DNA of 64,000 nucleotides from Phycisphaeraceae bacterium (GTDB lineage: Bacteria; Planctomycetota; Phycisphaerae; Phycisphaerales; Phycisphaeraceae). Location of the stretch: contig OZ245998.1 in assembly GCA_965230305.1 (NCBI GenBank), forward strand, positions 808,132 to 872,131. The letters run 5' to 3'. The position numbers and the translations under genes were made by a program. Shown here one piece after another: positions 1 to 7,194 of this stretch. The notes under the pieces are model-generated. The model worked only from the letters and a program-made list of their open reading frames with translations. It was not told where the DNA came from and did not search any database. Within the stretch, counting starts at the first letter, position 1; each line of letters begins with the position of its first letter.

Positions 1-891
1 CTGGAACACCTCAAGGTCATCCAGCAACTCGACCAGCACTTTGATGTCGATACCGCCGGCGAGTTCCTCGTCATGGCGGCGACGCTGTTGGAAGTCAAGA
101 GCCAGATGCTGATGCCGCTCGCCGCCGCCCACGCGGAGGACGCCAAGGACGAAGACGGCAACGAACAAGCCGACGCCGAGATCGATCTGCCCACGACCGA
201 TCCGCGCTACGAGCTGGTGCAACAACTGCTGGCATACAAGCGGTTCAAGGATGCCGCGGTCGCGCTGGAGACCCGCCACGATGAATGGGCCAGCCGCCAT
301 GCCGTCTCACCGATCGCGCGTGGGCAGGCCCCTGCGGAGGAAGCCGACAACGCCAAGCTGAATGAGCTGGACCTGGAAGATGTCCACGTCATGGACCTCT
401 GCGAAGCCTTTAGCCGCATCCTCGAATCCATCGGGTCCAGCAAGCCGACCCACGACGTCACCTACGACGAGACGCCGATCTCGCTGCACGCCGACGACAT
501 CTACGACCGACTCAGCCGCGAGGGCGCGATGACGCTGAAGCAGATCTTCGTCGGCCGGGCGTCGCACAGCGAGATGATCGGGCTGTTCTTAGCGACGCTC
601 GAACTCGTCCGCCAGCGTCGTGTCGCGGTGCTGCAGAACACCGCAGGCGGGGAGATCGAACTGAGCCCCCGCCCGGAAACGGAGCACGTCAAACCCGACG
701 CCCCCGAGCCCGAGACCGCCACGGATTGGACGGACCCGGAGACCGGCGAGGTGCAGTACGCCTGGCCGGATGAAGACTCCCAGAAACGCGCCGAACGCCG
801 CGCCCGCCTCCGCGCCCAGCGGGCCGAGCAAGATGAACAAGGGGATAAGGACGAAGCCGCCCAAGAAACCGAGGACGACGAACTGGACTGA
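1..891 (+). CDS. scpA: Segregation and condensation protein A (ScpA kleisin), 5' end outside window
   Basis: Frame 1 is open from nt 1 (LEHLKVIQQLDQHFDVDTAGEFLVMAATLLEVKSQMLMP .. YELVQQLLAYKRFK .. EMIGLFLATLELVRQRRV), which is ScpA-like. Acidic low-complexity tail. Track ORF 73..891. Confidence 0.75.
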   Translation: MEHLKVIQQLDQHFDVDTAGEFLVMAATLLEVKSQMLMPLAAAHAEDAKDEDGNEQADAEIDLPTTDPRYELVQQLLAYKRFKDAAVALETRHDEWASRHAVSPIARGQAPAEEADNAKLNELDLEDVHVMDLCEAFSRILESIGSSKPTHDVTYDETPISLHADDIYDRLSREGAMTLKQIFVGRASHSEMIGLFLATLELVRQRRVAVLQNTAGGEIELSPRPETEHVKPDAPEPETATDWTDPETGEVQYAWPDEDSQKRAERRARLRAQRAEQDEQGDKDEAAQETEDDELD

Positions 892-938
892 TTCGTAGAT
901 TCGCTGGCACCCACACCCGCCTTTAGGTTGCTTACACC

Positions 939-2294
939 ATGATGTACAGCACCGCCCTACCGTGCCTGCCCGCTCTTGCCGCTTCATCCGTGCTGATGGG
1001 TGCTACACCCGCCGCCGGCCAAGACACCGACGCGATGCGAGCCGAGGTCCAGACCCTCCGCCAGGAGGTGGCTGAGCTCCGGGCCCAACTGCACCACACC
1101 CAACCCGCGAACTGGATGGACGAACGCCGGGCCGAAGAAACCCGCGCGTTGATCGAGGATGTCCTCCGCGATGCCCAGGCCCGCGCGTCGCTCCTGCAGG
1201 ACAGCTCAACCGCCGGGCACAACGGCAAGTTCTTCCTCGCCAGCGAGGACGGCGACTTCCGCCTGAACATCACCGGGCAGTTTCAGTTCCGCTGGCTGCT
1301 GGACACGCAGGACGGCCGGGCCGACGAAACCGAATCCGGCTTCCAGCTCCGCCGAGGCAAGGTCCACTTCACCGGCACCATCGGCGGCGACCCCAACCTC
1401 GAATACCGTTTCACCTTCGCCGGCGGTCGCTCAACCGGCACCGTCGTCGTTGAGCGTGCTCAGGTCCTGGTCCCGCTCGGCGACGGCCTCCGCCTGTCCA
1501 TGGGCAAGTACAAGATCCCCTTCCTCCGGCAGGAACTCCTCTCCAGCACACGCCAGGTCTCCGTGGACCGGGGCATCGTGACCGAGTTCTTCACGCTGGA
1601 CTTCTCCGAGCAGGTTGAGCTGCAGATCAGACGCGACCGCTTCCGTGCCTACCTGTCGATCAACGACGGCGGCGACGAGGAGTTCTCAAACTTCGGCCAG
1701 GACCCCGTCGAGATCGCCGGCACCGCCCGGATCGACCTGCTGCTGGCCGGCAACTGGCGTCAGGCCCGCGACAACTTCGCTTGGTCCGGCGAGGACTTCG
1801 CCGCCTTCCTCGGCGCCGCGATCCACGGGCAGCTCGGAGACGGCGTCAACGCCGGCGCCCCTAACCTCGGCTCCCCCGCCACCAGCGACTACCTGTCCTG
1901 GACCCTCGACGCCTCGATCGAGTCCAACAACCTCGCCGCCTTCGGCTCGATCACCGGCGGGCACATCGACCCCGACTCGGGCGCAAGCCGCGACCTCTAC
2001 GGGCTGCTCATTCAGATCGCGTACACCATCGATGACACGGTCGCCCCCTTCGCCCGCTACGAGTGGATCGACGACGACCTGGTCGAGGAACTCCAGGCGG
2101 TGACCGTGGGCATCAACTGGTTCATCAACGAGCACCGCGCCAAGCTCACCGCCGACGCGATCTACATCTTCGAAGGCGGCGCCATCACCAACCCCCACGG
2201 CAACACCGCTTTCGGTTCGGGCATCGGCATCTCCGGCTTCACCCCCGGCGAAGACCTGCTGGCCGTGCGGGTGCAGTTCCAGCTGCTGTTCTAA
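939..2294 (+). CDS. Outer-membrane beta-barrel porin, phosphate-selective porin O/P-like, with N-terminal coiled coil
   Basis: Signal-like N-terminus, then a coiled-coil segment (MRAEVQTLRQEVAELRAQL). Amphipathic strand pattern follows (FFLASEDGDFRLNITGQFQFRW, FQLRRGKVHFTG). C-terminal aromatic residue (VRVQFQLLF) is typical of OM barrels. Confidence 0.6.
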   Translation: MMYSTALPCLPALAASSVLMGATPAAGQDTDAMRAEVQTLRQEVAELRAQLHHTQPANWMDERRAEETRALIEDVLRDAQARASLLQDSSTAGHNGKFFLASEDGDFRLNITGQFQFRWLLDTQDGRADETESGFQLRRGKVHFTGTIGGDPNLEYRFTFAGGRSTGTVVVERAQVLVPLGDGLRLSMGKYKIPFLRQELLSSTRQVSVDRGIVTEFFTLDFSEQVELQIRRDRFRAYLSINDGGDEEFSNFGQDPVEIAGTARIDLLLAGNWRQARDNFAWSGEDFAAFLGAAIHGQLGDGVNAGAPNLGSPATSDYLSWTLDASIESNNLAAFGSITGGHIDPDSGASRDLYGLLIQIAYTIDDTVAPFARYEWIDDDLVEELQAVTVGINWFINEHRAKLTADAIYIFEGGAITNPHGNTAFGSGIGISGFTPGEDLLAVRVQFQLLF

Positions 2295-2372
2295 GCCCGG
2301 TTCCGATAACGGGATCGCTCCGCCCCGCCAAGTTTCACGTCACACGATCCGCTGGCCGATGAAGTTTGCACG

Positions 2373-2576
2373 ATGGAAGTCTCTGCCGCCGGCATCAGCG
2401 CGTTCCAGCAAGCCCAGCTCAAAGACGAGGTGGGCCTGCGGATGCTCAAGAAAACACTCGACGCCAGCAAGGCGCAGGGCGATGCCGCGGTATCGCTGCT
2501 CCAGCAGGCCGCGGACCTTTCCCAGCAGATCGTCGCCGAGCCCGGCAAGGGCCAGAACATCGACCTCTACGGGTAA
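2373..2576 (+). CDS. YjfB-like putative motility protein (small)
   Basis: 67 aa. The core SAFQQAQLKDEVGLRMLKKTLDASKAQGDAAVSLLQQA matches the YjfB-family pattern (Q..L..QV.L.VLKK..D.....A..LL). Confidence 0.55.
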   Translation: MEVSAAGISAFQQAQLKDEVGLRMLKKTLDASKAQGDAAVSLLQQAADLSQQIVAEPGKGQNIDLYG

Positions 2577-2600
2577 CTGCTTCTCTCAGCTCAATCGACC

Positions 2601-3581
2601 TCAGCCGAGCACCGCACCGACGGCGGCGACGGTCTCGGCGTGCAGCTTGCCGTTGGTGGAGATGACGCCCTTGTTGTTCTTCAGCGTCCGCCCAAGCGAG
2701 AAGTCCAGCGGGTTGCCGTGGATGTCGCTGACCTGGCCCCCGGCCTCTTCGAGCACGATCATGCCCGCCGCGTGGTCCCAAATCTTCTCTTCGTAACCCG
2801 GGCGGGTCGGCAGACGCAGGTAGATCGAAGCGTCGCCCCGCGCGACCGCCGCGTACTTGCACTGGCTATCAATCCGGAACGGCTCAGCGGTCGTGCCCAG
2901 GTTCTTCACGATCTGCCCCGAAGCCCCTTGGTCGGTGTGCCCGGATTCCACCGATTCGCACATCACCGCTTGCGACGCGTCTGTGATATTGTCGACTGTG
3001 ACCGTCACCGCGTCCCCGCCGTCGATCGCCTGCATCGTCGCGCCCTGGCCCCGCACCGCGGTCATCAGCACACCGGTGCCGCCGTCGTTGGTCGGCAGGT
3101 TGGGACAACCCAGCACGCCCAGCACGACCTTTCCGTTTTCAATCAGCGCCAGCGCGATCGCGTACTGCTGACCGCGCAGGAAGCCCTTGGTGCCGTCGAT
3201 CGGGTCCAGCGTCCAGAACCGGCCTTCCGGGCCGCCCTGTCCGGTCGCGCCCAGGTCCACCCAGCCCAAGACGTCTTCATCGCTGGCGTCGCCGACCACC
3301 GCTTTGACCTGCTCGACGACCTTGGCCTTGGTCTGGGCGCCCTCGGGGTCGCGCAGGTCCTTGGCGTCCTCCTCACCGACGATCGGGTCGTCCGGGAACG
3401 CCTCGCGGATCGCCTTGCAGACCACGGCCTGGGACGCGAAGTCGGCGACGGTGACCGGGGACTTGTCCTTCTTCTCAAGTGTCGCCGCGGTCACCAGATC
3501 CGCCTGCACCTTCCGGCAGACGGTCGAGGCGGCGGTCACTGCGGCAACGGCAACGTTCAGTTCGTTTTGGAGTTCGCTCAT
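2601..3581 (-). CDS. 3'(2'),5'-bisphosphate nucleotidase (HAL2/SAL1-type, inositol monophosphatase superfamily)
   Basis: Motifs VGEED, WTLDPIDGTKGFLRGQQYAIALALI and WDHAAG are IMPase-fold metal and substrate motifs of HAL2 type. Track ORF extends to 3644. I prefer the MSELQNEL start (residue 22 of the track ORF). Confidence 0.8.
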   Translation of the reverse strand: MSELQNELNVAVAAVTAASTVCRKVQADLVTAATLEKKDKSPVTVADFASQAVVCKAIREAFPDDPIVGEEDAKDLRDPEGAQTKAKVVEQVKAVVGDASDEDVLGWVDLGATGQGGPEGRFWTLDPIDGTKGFLRGQQYAIALALIENGKVVLGVLGCPNLPTNDGGTGVLMTAVRGQGATMQAIDGGDAVTVTVDNITDASQAVMCESVESGHTDQGASGQIVKNLGTTAEPFRIDSQCKYAAVARGDASIYLRLPTRPGYEEKIWDHAAGMIVLEEAGGQVSDIHGNPLDFSLGRTLKNNKGVISTNGKLHAETVAAVGAVLG

Positions 3582-3682
3582 GGCGTCGGATGGTAGCGAA
3601 CCCAGCCGGGCGTTGCCGGGTACAGTCTGAGGATGCCGGGACACACCGTCGAACGCTGGCGAGAAACACCCGCCGACTGTTG

Positions 3683-4549
3683 ATGCTGACCCCTGCGTTG
3701 GGGAGCTGGGTGCTGGTCATTGGGGCCTTCATACAGGCCAGCCAGGACGTTAACGATCTGGTCTACAACACAAACGCTAACAACACAACAATCGATTACT
3801 GGGCGATTGAAGAAGCGATGTTTGCGTTCAGCTACGCGGTGCTCACGATAGGGAGCCTGCTGTTGCTGCTAACCAGCTTCGCGGCCAGGCCACCCACCGC
3901 GTCATGCCGATGGCCCGCTCGATGCGAAGGCTGTGGCTACCGGCTGGGACACCTGACGCTGAACGACTCCTGCCCCGAGTGCGGCAAAGCAGTCAAAGAC
4001 TCGATCGGTGTGCACGCACGCCCGGCCGAGGCGATGCGGCTGGATTCACTGGGCATGGTTTTCTTCAAACCCCAAACGCTCGGCCAACGTCTCCGGGTGT
4101 TTGACCGCAGCCTTTGGCCGATGAACGCCGCCCTAATGGGGCTGGGTCTGCTGGCTCTCGTCGGCATGGCTACACCAATGCTGGGCTCGCTGTGGGTCTC
4201 GATCGTGATGGGCTTCGGGGGCGGCGTGAATTCATTCCGCATCGAGTCGGTCATCAGCTTCACTTTCTTGGGCATGTTGACCTGCAAAGTGACAGGCAAA
4301 GTGGCACCAAATCACGTTGAAATGGCATCAAATTACCAAAGGCGTATCAGCATGTGTCCGTGGGTTTATCCTCGCCAACAGATAGCCACCACACCACACC
4401 CGCCGCCGCCAGCAGCCCAATATCCCGCAGCACCAGCCCCGCGTAACCCGCCGACGCTTCGCTGCCCCCAAAGCAGCCGCAGTCAATATCCAGCCCGCGC
4501 CACCACGCCGACCCGATCGCCACCAGAAACACCACCAGCATCACCGTGA
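3683..4549 (+). CDS. Membrane protein with Zn-ribbon loop (CxxCGY..CPECG)
   Basis: Start taken at MLTPALGSWVLVIGAF (ATG 3683), followed by hydrophobic segments. Zn-ribbon CEGCGYRLGHLTLNDSCPECG at 3923..3985, with more TM segments after it. The last ~200 nt overlap the convergent MauE gene and encode a Pro-rich tail, so the true 3' end is uncertain. Confidence 0.45.
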   Translation: MLTPALGSWVLVIGAFIQASQDVNDLVYNTNANNTTIDYWAIEEAMFAFSYAVLTIGSLLLLLTSFAARPPTASCRWPARCEGCGYRLGHLTLNDSCPECGKAVKDSIGVHARPAEAMRLDSLGMVFFKPQTLGQRLRVFDRSLWPMNAALMGLGLLALVGMATPMLGSLWVSIVMGFGGGVNSFRIESVISFTFLGMLTCKVTGKVAPNHVEMASNYQRRISMCPWVYPRQQIATTPHPPPPAAQYPAAPAPRNPPTLRCPQSSRSQYPARATTPTRSPPETPPASP

Positions 4550-4799
4550 TCAGCCCCAGCGACGCCGCGCGAACCCGCGCCTTGCCCCATCCCACCACGC
4601 ACCCCGCTGCACACACCACCTCCAGCCAGGGCAGGTACCACGCCACCGCCTCCACCGCCCAGCCCGGCAACAGCCGATACCGCTGCACCGACAACGCAAA
4701 CCCCGCCGGGTCCAAAACCTTCACCACCCCCGCATAGCCAAACACACCCGCCAACCCCAGCAACAACCCCCACATCACAACCTTCCGAGCCCACCGCAT
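4347..4799 (-). CDS. MauE/DoxX-family redox-associated membrane protein
   Basis: Four hydrophobic helices. DIDCGCFGG motif is typical of MauE-like proteins. The ATG at 4797..4799 overlaps the rhodanese stop by 1 nt (TGATG). Track ORF extends to 4826. Confidence 0.7.
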   Translation of the reverse strand: MRWARKVVMWGLLLGLAGVFGYAGVVKVLDPAGFALSVQRYRLLPGWAVEAVAWYLPWLEVVCAAGCVVGWGKARVRAASLGLITVMLVVFLVAIGSAWWRGLDIDCGCFGGSEASAGYAGLVLRDIGLLAAAGVVWWLSVGEDKPTDTC

Positions 4800-5368
4800 C
4801 ACCGCCCCTCCCGCGCCCGTGTCCACGCCCGCCAGGCGTCCCAGCCGCCCTCCAGCACGTACACCGCTTCAAACCCGTCCCCGCGCAGTCGCTCCGCCAC
4901 CGCGTCGCTCGCCTCGCACCCCGCACCATCGCAGTACACCACGACCCGTACCCCGTCCTCCCACCGCGACAAAAAATCCAGATACCCCGCCGACCAATCA
5001 TCCTCGCTCAGCCACACCGCGCCCGGCAACGCCTCCGCCTCAAACACATCCCGCCGACGGGCGTCCACCCACAACACCGCTTCGCCCGCCGCCTCCCAGT
5101 CCATCGCCTGCCGCAGCCAGACCCGCCCCGCCGGCAACGGGGCTTGATCCTCTGCGTCCTCCCCTCCATCCCCCAGCCCAACCAACGCCGCATCCCCGGG
5201 CAACAACCCTCCCCCCCCACCACCAACGCCACCACCCTCACCTTGCCCACCATGCCATATCGCTGAGAAACCCGCCGGCAACGCCGCCAACAGCAGCATC
5301 GCCGCCGCCATCCACCACGTCGGAGCCGACCGTTTCAACCATGCACCAGCGTTGGGCGTCTCACTCAT
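4799..5368 (-). CDS. Rhodanese-domain protein with N-terminal membrane anchor and poly-Gly linker
   Basis: TM anchor (WWMAAAMLLLAALPAGFSAIW) and Gly run (GGGVGGGGGGL). Rhodanese core contains the active-site loop VVVYCDGAGCEASD and GWDAWRAW. Confidence 0.75.
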   Translation of the reverse strand: MSETPNAGAWLKRSAPTWWMAAAMLLLAALPAGFSAIWHGGQGEGGGVGGGGGGLLPGDAALVGLGDGGEDAEDQAPLPAGRVWLRQAMDWEAAGEAVLWVDARRRDVFEAEALPGAVWLSEDDWSAGYLDFLSRWEDGVRVVVYCDGAGCEASDAVAERLRGDGFEAVYVLEGGWDAWRAWTRAREGR

Positions 5369-6158
5369 CGACAGATACGTTAGCCGCTTCAGCTTCTAGG
5401 TCCGGCTCCGGAGTGGCCGGGGCTTCCGGGGTGGTCGGGGACTCCGGGGCGTCGCCGATCAGGCGGGCGTAGATCGGGTACAGCCGGGGCTCGTCCTGGC
5501 CGTCGATCGCGATCCGGGCGTGCACCGCGTACACGCCCTCCGCCAGCCCCGGCAAGGGCGTCACCGTCAGCGCCCGGGTGCCGTCTTCATGCTCTCTCAG
5601 CTCAACCGTCAGCGTGTCTTCTTCCACCGGCTCAAGCCCCAGCCAACTCACCCGGTCATCCTCCAGCAGCGTCAGCGTCGCCACCTGCGCTGCCCGGGCC
5701 TGCCCGTCGCGCCACAGCAGCAACCCCGGCTCAGCCCGGATCACTTCGGGAATCACCGTCGTCATCGTCAGCCGAACCCGTGGCTGCTCGGGGTGGTCCG
5801 TGCTGATCACGATCCGCTTGCTCTGCTCGCCGACCCGGTCGCCGACACTGAACGTCACCCGCACCTCTCCCCGCGCCCCGGCCGGGATCACCCGCACATC
5901 CCCCCCGGAAGACTCGGAAGCGGCGGTGGCATCATCACTGTTCAGGACAATCACCGCCGCGGTGCAGCCGCAGGACGAGTCGATGTCGGTGATGGTGAGC
6001 CCCGCCTCGCCGGCGTTCTCAAACGCGAATGCCGATTCGATCACCGCCACCCCGGGCGCCGCCTCGGGCTGCGCCCGGCGGTTGTCAAACTCGAGCTGCG
6101 CCCACGCCGGGCCGGACAGGAACAGAAGAAGAACGATCAGCAGAGCGTATCGATGCAT
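5361..6158 (-). CDS. DUF1573-domain protein (secreted)
   Basis: Signal peptide MHRYALLIVLLLFLSGPAWAQ and the DUF1573 hallmark SSCGCTAA. Start chosen at residue 22 of the track ORF (track end 6221). Confidence 0.7.
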   Translation of the reverse strand: MHRYALLIVLLLFLSGPAWAQLEFDNRRAQPEAAPGVAVIESAFAFENAGEAGLTITDIDSSCGCTAAVIVLNSDDATAASESSGGDVRVIPAGARGEVRVTFSVGDRVGEQSKRIVISTDHPEQPRVRLTMTTVIPEVIRAEPGLLLWRDGQARAAQVATLTLLEDDRVSWLGLEPVEEDTLTVELREHEDGTRALTVTPLPGLAEGVYAVHARIAIDGQDEPRLYPIYARLIGDAPESPTTPEAPATPEPDLEAEAANVSVDE

Positions 6159-6419
6159 GTTGCGACTCTCGTGGGCCACGGAAGGGGGTATCAAAACAGA
6201 GCTTGGATTATACGGACACAAACAGCCCGATTGCCCTGCATGCTTGCAGAATCAAGTTTTTATTTGACGACCTGCAAACTGAAACAAATGGAATGATGGG
6301 TTTCCTTTCTGGATTGCAGGGTTTCCATCTCACAACACAGGGAATGCGCCGCGCAAACAAGGGTTTTCATGAAGGATTCCCTGCAAAGAAATTATGAATC
6401 ACTGGAATCGAAGCCTCAA

Positions 6420-6650
6420 ACACCGATAAATCGAATCGCTCTACCCTGGCGCCTACGGAGAACCCCTAGGCTAGCAGTCGAAAACCCAGGAATCCTTGGC
6501 GCAAACACAGGTTTAACCGACAAATTTCTGGTAGATGGGACATAGCCCATAGGCTTTAACTCGCAACCGGCATGCCGTTGCATCCCAAATCCTCAGCACG
6601 TTGAACATCGTTTCGTGCCAAGACAAATCAATCCCCTTGCGTATCTTCTT
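6420..6650 (-). pseudogene. Degraded fragment resembling the 3' end of the RHS core (orphan/displaced cassette remnant)
   Basis: Exact 17-mer cagcacgttgaacatcg at 6594..6610 equals 8404..8420 inside RHS-B. The - strand translation GIDLSWHETMFNVLRIWDATACRLRVKAYGLCPIYQK parallels RHS-B AAHDAMFNVLGVFKGDG..ERYEYTPYGQRK. After a frame change, PRIPGFSTASLGVL parallels PRNPVGFQGLIHD. Broken by stops at 6513 and 6651. Confidence 0.4.
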
Positions 6651-6772
6651 TCAAAAGAACCTCCGCAGGCAATCATGAATTAGTCCTGCATCCTTCGACC
6701 AAACACGCCGCGAAACGAAACATTCGTGGCTCGCCCAGAACACGAGACTGATCCGTATTTGACTAGGAACAG

Positions 6773-7186
6773 TTAAAATATGATTCCATCAGGGGCTTTG
6801 ATTGCCTCAAAAACCACAAATTCATCTGCACCGCCACCACGCACTAGCCATACATGGATCGTATAACCACTCGACTGCCATGTCGCATAACGAACTTCGG
6901 TATGCTCGTCAACCAAGACTTCCTCCTTCAACCCCCCAATCACATTTGCATGCGATTCACCATCCAAATTCGGATGATTTGATAAAATAAAATAGTCACC
7001 CTTTGAATCAGGCGCACCAAGCAAGCCAACCATTTGGCCCCAAGACAATCCATAGTACGCAGAAACACTCACGGGCCGATGCGAGGCTGGCGATCGAACG
7101 CAAAAGCCAACAAACAAAACCAGCAAAACACTCGTTAAACAAAATCCAGCCCAACTCCAAATTATATATTTATTTTGTATCGCCAT
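6773..7186 (-). CDS. Small membrane-anchored protein, candidate immunity protein for the RHS-B metallopeptidase tip
   Basis: 137 aa with N-terminal TM/signal anchor (IIWSWAGFCLTSVLLVLFVGFCV). Starts 8 nt after the RHS-B stop on the same strand. AT-richer composition like the toxin tip. No family recognised. Confidence 0.55.
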   Translation of the reverse strand: MAIQNKYIIWSWAGFCLTSVLLVLFVGFCVRSPASHRPVSVSAYYGLSWGQMVGLLGAPDSKGDYFILSNHPNLDGESHANVIGGLKEEVLVDEHTEVRYATWQSSGYTIHVWLVRGGGADEFVVFEAIKAPDGIIF

Positions 7187-7194
7187 ACAAAATG

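Noticed and set aside
6029-6397. A 122-aa + strand ORF spanning the DUF1573 5' end and the AT-rich spacer, plus an 8-bp inverted repeat ttgcaggg/ccctgcaa at roughly 6314..6385.
   Set aside because: The first half of the ORF is antisense to the DUF1573 gene and Arg/Pro-rich. The remainder has no motif. The inverted repeat is short with a ~56-nt spacer. The region is more likely decayed RHS-cassette remnant or intergenic sequence.
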